64,000 nt of DNA from Octopus vulgaris. Its lineage: Eukaryota. The stretch lies in contig OX597826.1 of assembly GCA_951406725.2 (NCBI GenBank), positions 30,690,001 to 30,754,000 of the forward strand, read 5' to 3'. Below, in pieces: positions 26,801-39,261 of this stretch (positions are counted from its first letter, which is position 1; each line of letters opens with the position of its first letter). Under the pieces are notes generated by a model that was not told the DNA's origin, made no database searches, and was given only the letters and a program-made list of their open reading frames with translations. The translations under genes and the position numbers were made by a program.

Positions 26801-27111
26801 CTCACCTATCCTTTCTCCCCCGACCCCTACTTCTTCAGTCCTTCATCCTTTCACCCCTACTCCCCTTCCCTTCTTCCCTCTTTCTCCCTCCCTCTTCCCC
26901 TTCCCTCTGCTCCCTCACTCCCTCTCTCCCCCTCTCCCTCTTTCCTCCTTCATCCCCCTCCTCCCCTTCCTTCTCCCCCATCCTCTCCTCTTCCCCTTCT
27001 CCTCCCCCTCTTCTTCCCCTCGCCTTCTCCCCCCTCTTCTCCCCCTCCCCTCTTCTCCTCACTACACCACATGACTTTACACATCACATCACATATGATG
27101 TGCCATACTAA
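23875..27111 (+). CDS. Penelope-like polyprotein: reverse transcriptase + Cys-rich linker + GIY-YIG endonuclease
   Basis: First ATG at 23875 within ORF 23824-27111. RT motifs IKPADKGGAVV, YFLPKIHK, GRPIVS, MDIQSLYT, GVAMG, RYIDD, FLD; linker CSRPRCRTC; endonuclease NIIYCISCSLC..LYIGQTGR.L..RF.EH...PFGLN. Confidence 0.95.
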   Translation: MPDPRSYLLTLHHRLKDHLRSLPVYCLQPSVNLSLLLFKKTRFSSHVSFLSRCLHHRLIPKGFRLHFHPALHSDSSILPILRTTSYRLMRATIRSNLSKLHAINRLLPPAFSTFFSSLPPLYAPNTLRFIIHLNQLFHQFLSDTKLRKLQSLFHSTLPDATTPTPPPPFSPPDRLHPPTPNPTAPPYNPFSPPVRLHPPTPNPTAPPNHPPHTSPIPPPQTSTRPTTPPTSIPPTPSPLPSVVTIPPDLPLSAAERSVLGRGLRFIPLTPSCKEFQTRVDVHSFVRRVRLGAHYHDSPPTPNEEDDCFTGLGRRPSPWTPAPGQILAVDLFAGACQRALERFNFSRRQRRLNISPAELLALRSLQRRADIIIKPADKGGAVVVWRADLYRAEAFRQLNDTSFYSPLPSNPTRSYQQTVSSTVQDLISSSRLPRTASNLIVRTPRTPTIYFLPKIHKPNNPGRPIVSACNCPTELISKYLDRVLAPLVASLPSHIHDTNHALRLFNSFSFPPGSSKILFTMDIQSLYTVIPHHEGLQALRHFLDLRSNPVPDTSTLIRLAELVLTLNCFSFAGEFYHQVSGVAMGTRMGPNYANLFVGYVEAQIFSNFTGPTPELYGRYIDDIIGATSLSREHLDSFLSFVQSFHPALHFTSTISNTSVSFLDISVSILHSTLTTSIHYKHTDSHSYLNFSSSHPEHTKLSIPYSQFLRLRRLCSDDHDFETQSQRMAHHFTLRGYPLTTIHTALARARSVDRVSALSPRTRPVVSRLPFPLTYHPTTLRLQRTILRAFRHLQSDPSTSHLFPNRPLPSFKRAHNLRDLLVHSSFPDPTSQPGSLPCSRPRCRTCPYLSNTTRLTSTHHRPYPIIHSFTCTSSNIIYCISCSLCNSLYIGQTGRRLADRFAEHLRDIHLANDTPVSRHFRSTGHSLQHLSVFGLSLHRGHPDSRLRREQELIFSLRSYTPFGLNSPPSSSNPPLPPPHLSFLPRPLLLQSFILSPLLPFPSSLFLPPSSPSLCSLTPSLPLSLFPPSSPSSPSFSPILSSSPSPPPLLPLAFSPLFSPSPLLLTTPHDFTHHITYDVPY

Positions 27112-27748
27112 TACACACACCAACTAATACATACTAATACGTACTAATACATACCAGTACATACTAATACTTACACCAACCCTATACATACACACGTCCA
27201 GACCCCGCATACGCACTTATACTCTCTCACACACACACACACACACCTATACATACCAATACGTACTAATACATACTAATACATACTAATACATACACCA
27301 ACCCCATACATACGCACGTCCAGACCAATCTTACGCACTAATACTCTCTCATACACACACACACACACACACCCTTATACATACTAATACATACACCAAC
27401 CCTATACATACACACATCCAGACCCCTCCCACGCACTTTTAGCTGGTCCCTCAACCCTTTTATCAACCCTATTATCTCCCCTTATTTCGCTCTCGCGTCT
27501 CATGTTTGATCTTTGACCTCTGGCCGAAATCAGATCGCCATGTTGATTCGTTAGCTACTGCACGCATTTTTTTCTCTCCTTCTTTCTGTGTTTTTCTCTC
27601 TCTGTGTATCTTTCTGTTGAAGAGCGTAGGCTCGAAACGTTAAAGACTTGTTTTATTTATATTTCCTGAGCGCCATACTAATACAATTGTTCGTTTGTTT
27701 TCCACCTGCCTTCGTCTTTTGTTTATTTTCATAAAGCTTCCCGTTATA
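26911..27748 (+). repeat. 3' pseudo-LTR of the Penelope-like element
   Basis: Direct repeat of 22443-23259, ending aaagcttcccgtta followed by (TA)n. Confidence 0.9.
27609..27646 (+). ncRNA. Minimal hammerhead-like motif in the 3' pLTR
   Basis: Identical to 23117-23154. Confidence 0.7.
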
Positions 27749-27758
27749 TATATATATA

Positions 27759-27789
<31 letters not shown>

Positions 27790-28187
27790 ATATATATACA
27801 ACAGGCTTCTTTCAGTTTCCATCTACCAAATCCACTCACGAGGCATTGGTAGGTTTGAGGCTATAGTAGAAGACACTTGCCCAAGGTTCCACACAATGGG
27901 ACTGAACCCGAAACCATGTGGTTGGGAAGCAAGCTTCTTACAACAAAGCCATGCCTGCCTATATATATATATATATTCAATAGGCTTCTCTGAGTTTCCA
28001 TCTACCAAATCCACTCACAAGGCTTTGGTCAGCCCAAGGCTATAGTAGAAGACACTTGCCCAAGGTCCCACGCAGTGGGACTGAACCTGGAACCATGTAG
28101 CTGGGAAGCATGCTTCTTACCACCCAACCATGCTAGCGTATATACACAACTGATTTTTGTAGTTAAGGGTAATTTTGAGTGAATATA

Positions 28188-29163
28188 TCATCATCATCAT
28201 CATCATCGTTTAGCGTCCGTTTTCCATGCTAGCATGGGTTGGACGGTTCTACTGGGGTCTGTGAAGCCAGAAGGCTTCATCAGGCCCAGTCAAATCTGGC
28301 AGTGTTTCTACGGCTGGATGCCCTTCCTAACGCCAACCACTCCGTGAGTGTAGTGGGTGCTTTTACGTGCCACCCGCACTGGTGCCAGACAGAGCTGGCA
28401 AACGGCCACAAACAGATGGTGCTTTTTATGTGCCACCGGCACGAGGGCCAGGCGAGGCTGGCAACAGACACGAAACGGGGCGGTGCTGGCAACGGTCGCG
28501 AAACGGAAAGTTCTCTTACATGCCACCGGCACTGGTAACACATCTGCAATTTCCATTGATCGATTTCGATTCAGATCCTCACTTGCCTCAACGGGTCTTC
28601 ACAAGCAGAGTTTCGACATGCCACCGGCACTGGTAGCACATCCGCAATTTCCATTGATCGATTTCGATTCTGATCCTCACTTGCCTCAACACGTCTTCAC
28701 AAGTAGAGTTTTGTGTCCCAAGAAGGGAAGGTATGCATACGTAGGCTGGCTCCATCCCATGTAGAAGGCCACGGGTTATGGACTCACTTGTCCTGCCGGG
28801 TTTCTCGCGCACAGCACACTTCCAGAGGTCTCGGTCTCTAGTCATTTCCTCAGTGAGACCTAAAGTTCGAAGGTCGTGCTTCACCACCTCGTCCCAGGTT
28901 TTCCTGGGTCTGCCTCTTCCACAGGTTCCCTCAACCGCTAGGGTGTGGCACTTTTTCACACAACTATCTTCATCCATTCTCGCCACATGACCATACCAGC
29001 GCAAACGTCTCTCTTGCACACCACAACTGATGCTTCTTAGGTCCAGCTTTTCTCTCAAGGTACTTACACTCTGCCGAGTGTGAGTACCGGCATTACACAT
29101 CCATCGGAGCATACTGGCTTCATTTCTAGCGAGCTTACGCATATCCTCAGCAGTCACGGCCCA
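28188..29163 (-). mobile_element. 5'-truncated RTE-clade LINE with 3'UTR and (GAT)n tail
   Basis: ORF 28588-29157 (EASMLRWMC...ERRLRWYGHVARMDED...GRGRPRKTW) is an RTE ORF C-terminus. The same 3'UTR plus (CAT)n tail recurs many times in the window. Confidence 0.85.
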
Positions 29164-29761
29164 TTATATCTGATTTCTCCAGTATAAGAGTTAATGACCG
29201 TAGAAACAAGGGTTAACAAACAGTGGTCCCATAAGCCACAGGGGCTTCATTAAAGGATTAAATTGACAAGTGAAAGTAAAGATTACCATTAATTAATTGT
29301 TTAAAAGACATTTTTGCTTTGGGTCTTATATATTCATAAATTACTACAGAACCAAATCCTTGAAAGATGCTAAATTGACATTTTTACATAGATTATTTGA
29401 CAGCAAGCCAATGACGTGTGCCAGATAGCCATTAAAACATAGAATAAAACATACAAGATGTGGTGGAGGAAGAAACATTTTTTTTCTTTTTAAAATATAA
29501 AAAAAAACTTTTGAGCAGTTAAAAGTAGATGGCATGGTGCATTAATCAAAGACTAAATTATTTTCAAGTAATTTTTTTTTTCTAATATGCTGCTTTTTGT
29601 TTGTTTCTCATTGTGATTGATATTGTTGCTGTTGTTGTTATTGTGGTGGTGGTGGTTGTCATTAATGCTGGCTTTTTTATTTTCTATTTAAGCCTTCCCT
29701 CCTTGAACCTGTCAGCCTAACAACCAGTAACTAAACTAAAGAACTCAGAAAAGAAAATAAC

Positions 29762-29793
<32 letters not shown>

Positions 29794-32019
29794 AATAATT
29801 GTTTTTTTATAATCAACATGGCTATATTTGAAGACAGGCAGTTTTACCTAAACAGAACGGAATTTGATAAAATTGGTAAGTACTCAAATATTAATTCAGA
29901 ACTCTCAAGACTGTGTGGAAGCAGGACAAGTGTCTTATGATGATGATGATTGTCATCATCATCATCACCACCACCACCACTACCACCACCACAACCACTA
30001 CCACTACCACCACCATTATCACCAGTGATCTACATCATTATCATTTTACATGTGTATTTCCATGCTTTCATGATTCGGACAAGTCTATGATGGAGTACAG
30101 CAATTCCTTGTCACAATTGCCTTTGTGTGGTTCATCCTCTTAAGAGTGGCTTCCACCACTTCTTCCGATGTCTTTCTCAGTCTTCCTCTTTCACAAGTTC
30201 CCTCCCCTCAGACCACTAGACACCAAGTCTTAACAGCACCAAACTCCTGTGTTCTAAACACATAACACATGACCACATCCGAGCAGTTTTCTCTTTCATG
30301 CACCAGCATCTGACTCCTCTCATACCAAAATATTTTCTCAGCTTATCTATGCTCTACCATTCATGTAACTTTGAACTAAGGAGGCCAACTGACAAAGTAG
30401 TCAGACAATATGTCTTGTAGTAACAAAGACACACACACAATGTATATATTGTCTGAGAATGGTTTAGCTGGCCAAAACTTCGGAGTCACTATCAATACTA
30501 TTCCTGTTAAAAAATAATAAATTTGTGCTCTACCAAATCATTATCATCATCATTGTTTAACATCTGCTTTCCATGCTGGCATGGGTTGGACAGTTTGTCT
30601 GAGGACTGACAAGCCGGAAGGCTGCACCAGGCTCCAATCTGGTTTGGGAAGGTTTCCACAGCTGGATGCCCTTCCTAATGTCAACCAATCTGAGAGTGTA
30701 GTGAGTGCTTTTTACGTGCCACTGACACAGGTACCAGTCGAGCAGCACTGGCATCGGTCACACTCAAATGGTGCTTATCCTTCAATTTAATACACACTGC
30801 CAAGAATCTTACCACATTGGGCAAAATGCTTGGCGCCATTTCTTTCAACTTTACATTCCGAGTTCAAGTGGCACTGGGCTCAAGAGGCACTTTGCTTTCA
30901 TCCTTTCAGGTTCAATAAAATAAATACCAGTAGAGTACTGGGGTCCATGTAACCAATTTGTACCCCCTCCCCCATGATTGCTGACTGTGTCAAAATATGA
31001 AATCTATATGCTTTGTAGCAGTTATTTCAGCTTACTACATTCCGAGTTCAATTTCTACTGTGGTCAACTTTACTTTTTATCTTTCAGAAATTGTTTGAGC
31101 ACCAGTCTAGTGGGAGACACTAACAGAATCATTGGACAGGCTGTCATGCTGTATTTGTTTTCTAAGTTCAAATCTTGCCACAGACTATATGGACTGTAGG
31201 TGGAATCCATTGCCCAGTTTAACACCACCACTTGGTACTTTCGTTTCTCCCCCCAGCCTTCAGAGGCCCCGAGCACTACTTTTCAGGTGGAGGCATGGCT
31301 GTGTGGTGAGAAGCTTACTTCTCAACCACATGGTGCCAGGTTCAGTACCACTGCATGGTTTCTACTATAACCTCAGCCCAACTAAAGCCTTGAGAGTGGA
31401 TTTGGTAGATGGAAACTGAAAGAAGCCCATTGTATACGTCTCAGTGTGTGTGTGTGTGTGTGTGTAAAGGACAGGCATCCACACAGTTTCCACTTACCAA
31501 ATTCAATCATACAGAATTAGTCAACCAAGTGCTAGAGTAGAAGACACATACCCAAGGTGCTGTCCAGAGGGATTGAACCTGAAGCCAGCCGGCCAGGTGG
31601 TTGCAAAGCTAACTTCTTAACCATACAGCCATGCTCGCACCTTAATAATGATTTAATAATTAAAAAACAACGTAGTATTAATAATTGTTTTACATTTATT
31701 ACTCTCGTTGCTGGAGATGAGAGAGATTTTTTTATATTTACAGCTCCATGGCTGTGTGGTTAAAGAAACTCATTTTGAAACCACAAGGTCTCAGGTTCAG
31801 TCCCATTGTGCAGTACCTTGGGCAAGTATCTACTACTATATCCCTGGGACAACCAATAACTTGGAGTTAATTTGGTCAAAAAAAAAACTCTAGGGAAGCA
31901 CATCATAAATAAATGCATGTGTGTGCGCATGTGTATGCACTAGTGTGTGTGTGTGTGTGTGCCTGTCACCCCCACCCCACCACTTCCCAGCCAGTGTTGG
32001 TTTGTTTACATCTTGTAGC

Positions 32020-32245
32020 TTAACCCTTTCAATACCAACCTGGCCGAAATCACCTCTGGCTCTGTAGTACAAATGCCTTGTTTTCATACATTCTGAATTG
32101 AGATCTTCCACCAAACCTTAGTCACAATTTAGGTTCCTAACACTAGCTTAACGATAACTAAGTGTTTATATTAAATTCTTTGTTATATTTAGAATGAATT
32201 GAAAGAAAGACAGAGCATCTCAAAATACGGTAACGAAAGAGTTAA
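32020..32245. mobile_element. piggyBac-like MITE inserted in a SINE
   Basis: TTAA-CCCTTTC.....GAAAGAG-TTAA termini. Partial sister copy at ~34908-35070. Confidence 0.65.
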
Positions 32246-32479
32246 TGGCTCAGCAAAAGAACTCAATAGGAAAAGTACCAGACTTTCAAAACAGGGACTG
32301 GAGTGTTTTGTCTAAGTTTTTCAAGGTAGTGCTCCAGCATGGCCACAGTCCAACGACTGAAACAAGTGAAAGAAAGACCACTGTTTTGATTGGTTTCATA
32401 GAACTTCCAGTTATCTTGTGTCATATTTCTATATATGTATATAGAACATCTATATGTATATATGTATACAGAGCTCTGA

Positions 32480-33040
32480 GAGCTGGCAGAAATGCTAGCA
32501 TGCTGGGCGAAATGCTTAGCAGTATTTCGTCTGTCTTTACGTTCTGAGTTCAAATTCCACCGAAGTCAACTTTGCCTTTCATCCTTTCAGGGCCAATAAA
32601 TTAAGTACCAGTTGCATACTGGGCTCAATCTAATCGACTGGCCCCATTCCCCAAAATTTTGAGCCTTGTGCCTAGAGTAGAAAAGAATGCTTAGCGGTAT
32701 TTCGTCTATCTTTATATTCTGAGTTCAAATTCTGCTGAAGTCGACATTGCCTTTCATCCATTCGGGGGCCAATAAGTTAAGTACCAGTCACATACTGGGG
32801 TCAATCTAATCAACTGGCCCTACCCACCAAAATTTTGGACCCTGTGCCTAGAGTAGAAAAGAATGCTTAGCAATATTTCATCTGTCTTTATGTTCTGAGT
32901 TCAAATTCCGTTGAGGCCAACTTTGCCTTTTATTCTTTCGGGGTTGATAAATTAAGTACCAGTTGTGTACAGGGGTCAATTTAATCAACTGGCCCACTTC
33001 CTTCAAAATTTCGGGCCTTGTGCCTAGAGAAGAAAAGTAT
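32480..33040 (+). mobile_element. Tandem array of three SINE units with a Nin-like core
   Basis: Unit atgcttagc...ttctgagttcaaattc...gcctttcatccttt...gtaccag...tgtgcctagagtagaaaaga repeated three times. Similar arrays at ~51775-52420 and ~61648-62330. Confidence 0.75.
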
Positions 33041-33334
33041 ACACGTATACAGAGCACCAGGCTGGGTTTGAATTTGCAACTTTTGTTCCTAAACTAGCAG
33101 TGATAATAGTGCAACTACTCACTGTATGTATTATATGCATACATCTCAGACATGTAAAAACATGTAGAGATTTTATTTTTTTTTAATCAAAGAAGAACGA
33201 GAAGCAAAGGAAACTAAAGAATAATTACTGTAAACGACCATTGAAAATGGTGAAATACTTATGGAAGTTTTATAGCACTTTGGTGTTATCGTAATATTTA
33301 ATGTACTACAAAGATACATGCTGACACACTCATA

Positions 33335-34015
33335 TGCATACATATGGGCAAATACATATACATGCATACACACACACACGTGTGTGTGTATAAATATATA
33401 TAGACATATATACATACAGACACACGTGTGTGTATATATAAACATATATATATATATATACAAACACATATATATACATGCATATACATATACACACATA
33501 TATATATATACACATACATATATATATATACATATATATGCACACACATATATATACACATATATAAATACATATATATACATATATACACATACATATA
33601 TGCATACACATATATATATATATACATATATGCAGACACATATACATATATATACATATATATATATATATACATATATATGCATATATATACATATATA
33701 CATACATATACATATATACATACATATATACACATATATATACATATATACATACATATATACACATATATATATGTATATATATATATATACACACATA
33801 TATATATATATACATATATATACATATATATATACATATATATACATATATATACATATATATATACATATATATACATATATATATACATATATATACA
33901 TATATATATACATATATATACATATATATATACAAATATATATATACATATATATATACATATACATATACATACATATACATATACATATATATACATA
34001 TACATATATATACAT

Positions 34016-34070
<55 letters not shown>

Positions 34071-34075
34071 TGTGT
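33335..34075. repeat. ~740-bp compound (TA)n/(TACA)n microsatellite
   Basis: Directly visible; the source of the YI/MY-rich spurious ORFs. Confidence 0.95.
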
Positions 34076-34225
34076 GTATGTGTATTTATATCCATATACC
34101 TATGTACACATGAATAGACTTTAAACAAACAATCTAACCAAAGCAGCCTTCAAATAAGTGTGTAAGTGACAAATTCAAAAAAAGAATATTTGTAGTAGTA
34201 GTAGTAGTAGTAGTAGCAGTAGCAT

Positions 34226-34297
<72 letters not shown>

Positions 34298-37234
34298 CAG
34301 CAGCAGCAGCAGCAGTGGCAACAACAACTTATAGACTCAAGCTATAAAACATAATGACTGCACCAATAATTCAAAGAAACCATTTCCAGTCTCAGCCAAA
34401 ACATAATACACTGGTATGGAAGAAAATAAGAAAGAAAAAACAAACACACATGCGTGCGAGCACACACACACATACACACATATAAAGAGAGAGAGAGAGA
34501 AAGATGTCTATGTATATAATAAGCGCAGGAGTAGCTGTGTGGTTAAGCAATTTGTTTCCCAACTATATGGCTTCAGGTTCAACCATACTGTGCGACACCT
34601 TCTGCAAGTGTCTTCCACAAGAGTTCCAGGCTGATCAAAGCTTCGTGAGTGGATTTTAGCGATGGAAACTGAAAGGAGCCTGTTGTACACACACACACAC
34701 AGATATATATATAGGTGTGTGTATGTATGTATATGCATGTGAGTGTGTGTATGTTTGTGTCTAGTCGTCTTGACATTGCATAATGTTGATGCTTTGTGGC
34801 TGTGTGGTAAGTAGCTTACTCACCAATCACATGATTCCGGGTTCAGTCCCACTGCATGGTACCTTGGGCAAGTGTATTCTACTATAGCCTGGGGCCGACC
34901 AAAGCCTTAGTACCAACTTGGCTGAAACCACCTCACCTTTGGCTCTGTAGTACAAATGTCTTGTTTTCGAAAGTTTTGAATTAAAATCTTCCACTAAACC
35001 TTAGTCACATTTTATGTTCCTAACACCAGCTTAATGATAACTAAGTAATTTTATTAAATTCTTTGTTATATTTGTATATATGTATATATATATATGTATG
35101 TGTGTGTATATGTTTGTGTGTCTGTGTTTGTCCCCAACAACATCGCTTGACAACCGATGCTGGTGTGTTTACATCCCCGTAACTTAGCGGTTCGGCAAAA
35201 TAGACCGATAGAATAAGTACTAGGCTTACAAAGAATAAGTCCTGGGGTCAATTTGCTCAACTAAAGGCTGTGCTCCAGCATGGCTGCAGTCAAATGACTG
35301 AAACGAGTAAAAGAAAAGAATAAAAGAAAATATTTCCATGCCAGAACATGCCTGACCAATGGGGAAATATTACCTTGATTGGAAACAGGTGAGAGGGCTG
35401 ACAACAAGAAGGGCATCTGACCACAGAAGGTTTGCCTCCAGAAACTCCCTCCAACCCATCCAAGTATAGAAAAGTGGACCTTGACATGGTGATGGTGATG
35501 ATGATATGACATACGTGTATATGTGTGTCTTTCCATGTTAAATGAGGCAGTGTGTGTCTCACATTTTGGTTGCATATCAATGACAACGTAAGAGAAAACA
35601 AAAATAGTATTAATACAAATGTGTCAACAGCCATGATTGTGAATTATTCTTGATCTGGGAGCCAATTATATATTGTTATTGAACTGTTATTGAACTGTGC
35701 GATAATTAGAGGTGATTGTTGACATAAATTACTCTTGACAAGTGAATAATTAACTTACAACACCAACAAATCACAAGGTCATATTTTTCTAGTTCCCGCA
35801 GTAGATTTATATCAGAAAATTTATTTAATTGTGAAAAGAAGGTCTCCAAATACATTAAATTTTGAATTTATTACAGTATTTAAATACTCATAAATATCAT
35901 TGCTTAACCAATGTCAGTTATAGCTTTTAGCTTTGTTTTCCATTTTGTAGACATTTCGAAAATGTCTTGTGAGTGAATTTGGCAAATGGAAACTGTACAG
36001 AAGACCGTTATTCTTTTATTTGTTTCAGTCATTTGACTGCGGCAATGCTGGAGTACTGCCTTTTTAGTCGAACAAATCAACTCCAGAGCTTATTTTTTGT
36101 AAGCCGAGTACTTATTTATTCAGTCTTATCTGCTAAACCACTAAGTTACAGGGATGCAAACACACCAACATCGGTTGTCAAGCAATGAAGTGGGGACAAA
36201 CACAGACACACAAACATATATATATATATATATATATATACAAAGGGCTTCTTTCAGTTTCCATCTACCAAATCCACTCAAAAGGTTTTGGTCGACCTGA
36301 GGTTATAGTAAAAGACACGTTCCCAAGGTGCCATGCATTGGGACTGAACCCAGAACCATGTGGTTGATAAGCAAGCTACTCCTGTGCCACTGGGTATATA
36401 TGCTTGTTTTTATGTACGTTATATTAAAAACAATCTTATATTAAACTGAAAGATTACTCAATACATTTGGTAGAGTATAGATTTATTATTCATTAACAAG
36501 AATAGCATAGAAGTTTTGGCCAGTCTCTTTCAATTTACTGCCTGGAGGCAGAAGAGGCTTTCTTTTTATTCCACAGACAAATTGCATAAAACAAGACAAA
36601 TTCCTATACAATAAGTTAAATCAAGACACTGCAAAACATAACACAGACAGAAACTTATATAATAAATAAAATAGTGAAAGTAGGGAAGACAGAAAAGAAA
36701 GAAAAAATTAAATAATCTTAATATTTCGTGCACAAAGGCCCATCATCAAAAGTAAACAGTTAAGAAATGTCAGTCTATTTAGAAACAAACCATGCTGTTT
36801 GTGATACAGACAATGATTTTGCAGCATCCTTGAAAGAGGTGGCAGCAACCAATCAGTTATTATACAGAAGAGAGAATCTAACATTTCTCTTCATTGTCAT
36901 GAAGAAACAGGTCTGAAATATGAACTCAAGGATCATCGAAAGGAACTAATATACCGAACACTGGAATCTAACAGGAAATGGTTGTGAAGAAAATCATCAT
37001 TTATGTCCATTTATGGCATGGGTTGGGTGGTTTGACAGGATCCCAGCTAACCACAGGGCTGCTTACAGAGGACACATTAAAAAAATAATGCACATAAAAT
37101 ATCTATTAAATTAAAGGGCTAACAACAGACAACTCTTAACACAGGATGGTCATGGCTTGAACATCTTTGATGAAATGATAGGTCTGCTTCATCAGGTTTG
37201 ACTTGTGGTTAAACAGCGACAACACCAACAATTT

Positions 37235-37807
37235 TTAACCCTTTAGCATTTAATCCAGCTATATCTGGCCCAAATATTCTATTTTATGTTAAAATTCACC
37301 AGATCCAACCTCTCACACCTACCCTACAATGTCATTCTAAAAATATACAAACACTCCATTGAAATCTTGAAGCTATGAGATAATGCGTGATTTAATTCAA
37401 AACACTGTGAGTCGCTGCCAGGGCCACCTGACTGGCTCCCTGTGCTGGTGGCACATAAAAGGCACCATCTGAATGCAGCCGATGCCAGTGCTGCCTCACT
37501 GGCTCCTGTGCTGGTGGCATGTAAAAGGCACCATCTGAACGTGGCCAATGCCAGTGCCACCCGACTGGCTCCTGTGCCGGTGGCACGTAAAAAGCACCCA
37601 CTACACTCCCGGAGTGGTTGTCGTTAGGAAGGGCATCCAGCTGTAGAAACACTGCCAGATCAGATTGGAGCCTGGTGTGACTTCCTGGTTTGCCAGTCCC
37701 CAGTCAAACTGTCCAACCCATGCCAGCATGAAAAAACGGACATTAAACAATGATGATGATGATGACGATGATGATTTGACAACGAAATCTGAACGCAAAA
37801 GGATTAA
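37235..37807. mobile_element. piggyBac-like MITE split by an RTE 3'UTR insertion
   Basis: Starts TTAACCCTTTAGCATTTA and ends CTGAACGCAAAAGGATTAA. ~37408-37773 is an RTE tail ending in (GAT)n. Confidence 0.55.
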
Positions 37808-37838
37808 GAGCAGCAAGAGGAAATATAAGTAGTGTTAC

Positions 37839-38006
37839 CTTTAAGCAACGTTCTGAGACCGATCTTGGTTTCCTGATGATGCTGCTTTCCTGTGCGTTGA
37901 GTTGATGTGGAAGGTGAGCGACTGAGTTTCTCAAAGGTGCAGCCAACTGCATGTCAACTAGCCACGTCAGCAGAGAGGGCAAGAGGTCACCAATACACTG
38001 CAGAAC
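37839..38006 (-). CDS. CCDC138: CCDC138-like coding exon 8: VLQCIGDLLPSLLTWLVD...SVSERCLK
   Basis: ttatag / gtaaca boundaries, 168 nt, phase 0-0. Resembles CCDC138 LL...DWISD...EKCVK. Confidence 0.88.
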
Positions 38007-38237
38007 CTATAAATTAATGGAATGTAGAAGGGGAAGAAAAACACAATTAATCAGCAACATCTACACCATCATCAGTTATTATTATCACCACATTAGGCAG
38101 AATGGTTTATTCTGCCTAAATAATGGAACTACAGATACAATATCCCTGCATATCTCACGTCTATTTTCATTCCTCCACTTCACTCTCTATTTCATACCTT
38201 ATCTAGAATAACTATTGCTTAACCATTTTCTCAGACC

Positions 38238-38285
38238 ATCTCTGATGAAGGGATATACAAAATATCCTGGAAACTGATATAAGAT
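38238..38285 (+). ncRNA. Solitary minimal hammerhead motif
   Basis: ATCT-CTGATGA-A-GGGATAT-ACAAA-ATATCCT-G-GAAA-CTGATA-TA-AGAT. Stems I and II pair; stem III is degenerate. Confidence 0.6.
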
Positions 38286-39223
38286 TTTCTATTTATAAAT
38301 GTTCTGAAATCTTTCACAGCCTTTATGTGTGTGTGTGTGTGTTTGGCAATATGTTGTGCTTTAGAAGTCTTGTGAAGCCAAGTGAAATCATAGCCGTGGC
38401 CTTTACCAGTGTCATGTAAATGACACCCATGCCAGTGGCACACAAAAAGCACCCTGTACACTCTAGAGTAGTTGGTGTTAGGAAGAGCATCCAGCTGTAG
38501 GAACCATACCAAATCAGATTGGAACCCGGTACAGCTCTTCAGCTTACCAGCTTCAGTCAAACTGTTTAACCCTTGCCAACATGGGATGCAGGCATTGATC
38601 ATGATGATGCTACTGTAAATGGTCGTTAATATAAATATACCATCAAGAATGAATGACACCTGAGGACATTCAGATATCAAAGTAAACACAGCATAAGTAT
38701 AGATAATTAGAATATTTATACTGTTCTGTAATATAAATAGTTACAGGTGTTTATATGTCTTTAGGAATGAAAAACACACCTGGCGAAGATTAGATATCAA
38801 ACCAAATCAAAGAGAACAGTATAGCTATAGATGTTGGGAGTAAAGTGTTTGAAGATGAGGTTAATAACCTCAAAATTTAATAATCTTAATTAAGAAAAAC
38901 AAAACAATTAATCTCAGACATTTAAACATGGAATCAAATTAGGAAATTATTTCAAATCAATTTGAAAAATAATCAACACCAAAACAAAACAAAACAAAAC
39001 AACAAAATCAATAGATAAATAATTTAAATGATTTGGCTCAGCTCACAATAATTCAGTGAAAAATAAAAATAAATGAATTCAATCATAAATCATGGAATCT
39101 TTGATTTTATTTCATATTTATTTCATATCCATAAATTTTCAAATCCGAAAAATATTTACAATACATCCTAATCAACATATTGGCTTAAAGGACTGATGTG
39201 TGTGTGTGTGTGTGTGTAGGTGT

Positions 39224-39261
<38 letters not shown>

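Larger units (their letters stand above)
22443..27748 (+). mobile_element. Penelope-like retroelement (Neptune-type), full length with two direct pseudo-LTRs
   Basis: Near-identical repeats at 22443-23259 and 26911-27748 flank a single RT-GIY-YIG ORF. Inserted in the TA microsatellite of a minus-strand SINE whose halves lie at ~22115-22330 and from ~27800. Confidence 0.95.

Noticed and set aside
30450-30490. Further hammerhead-like traces (also ~20027-20066 and ~38775-38815)
   Set aside because: The cores are too degenerate to support a call without a family consensus.
32480-33040. Regularly spaced repeats resembling a CRISPR array
   Set aside because: Eukaryotic SINE multimers of ~180-bp units, with no unique spacers and no cas genes.
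33173-34128. Several 230-280 aa ORFs rich in Y/I/M/C/H/T
   Set aside because: Artefacts of stop-free (TA)/(TACA) microsatellite. The same applies to 41842-42571 and to 55636-56134.
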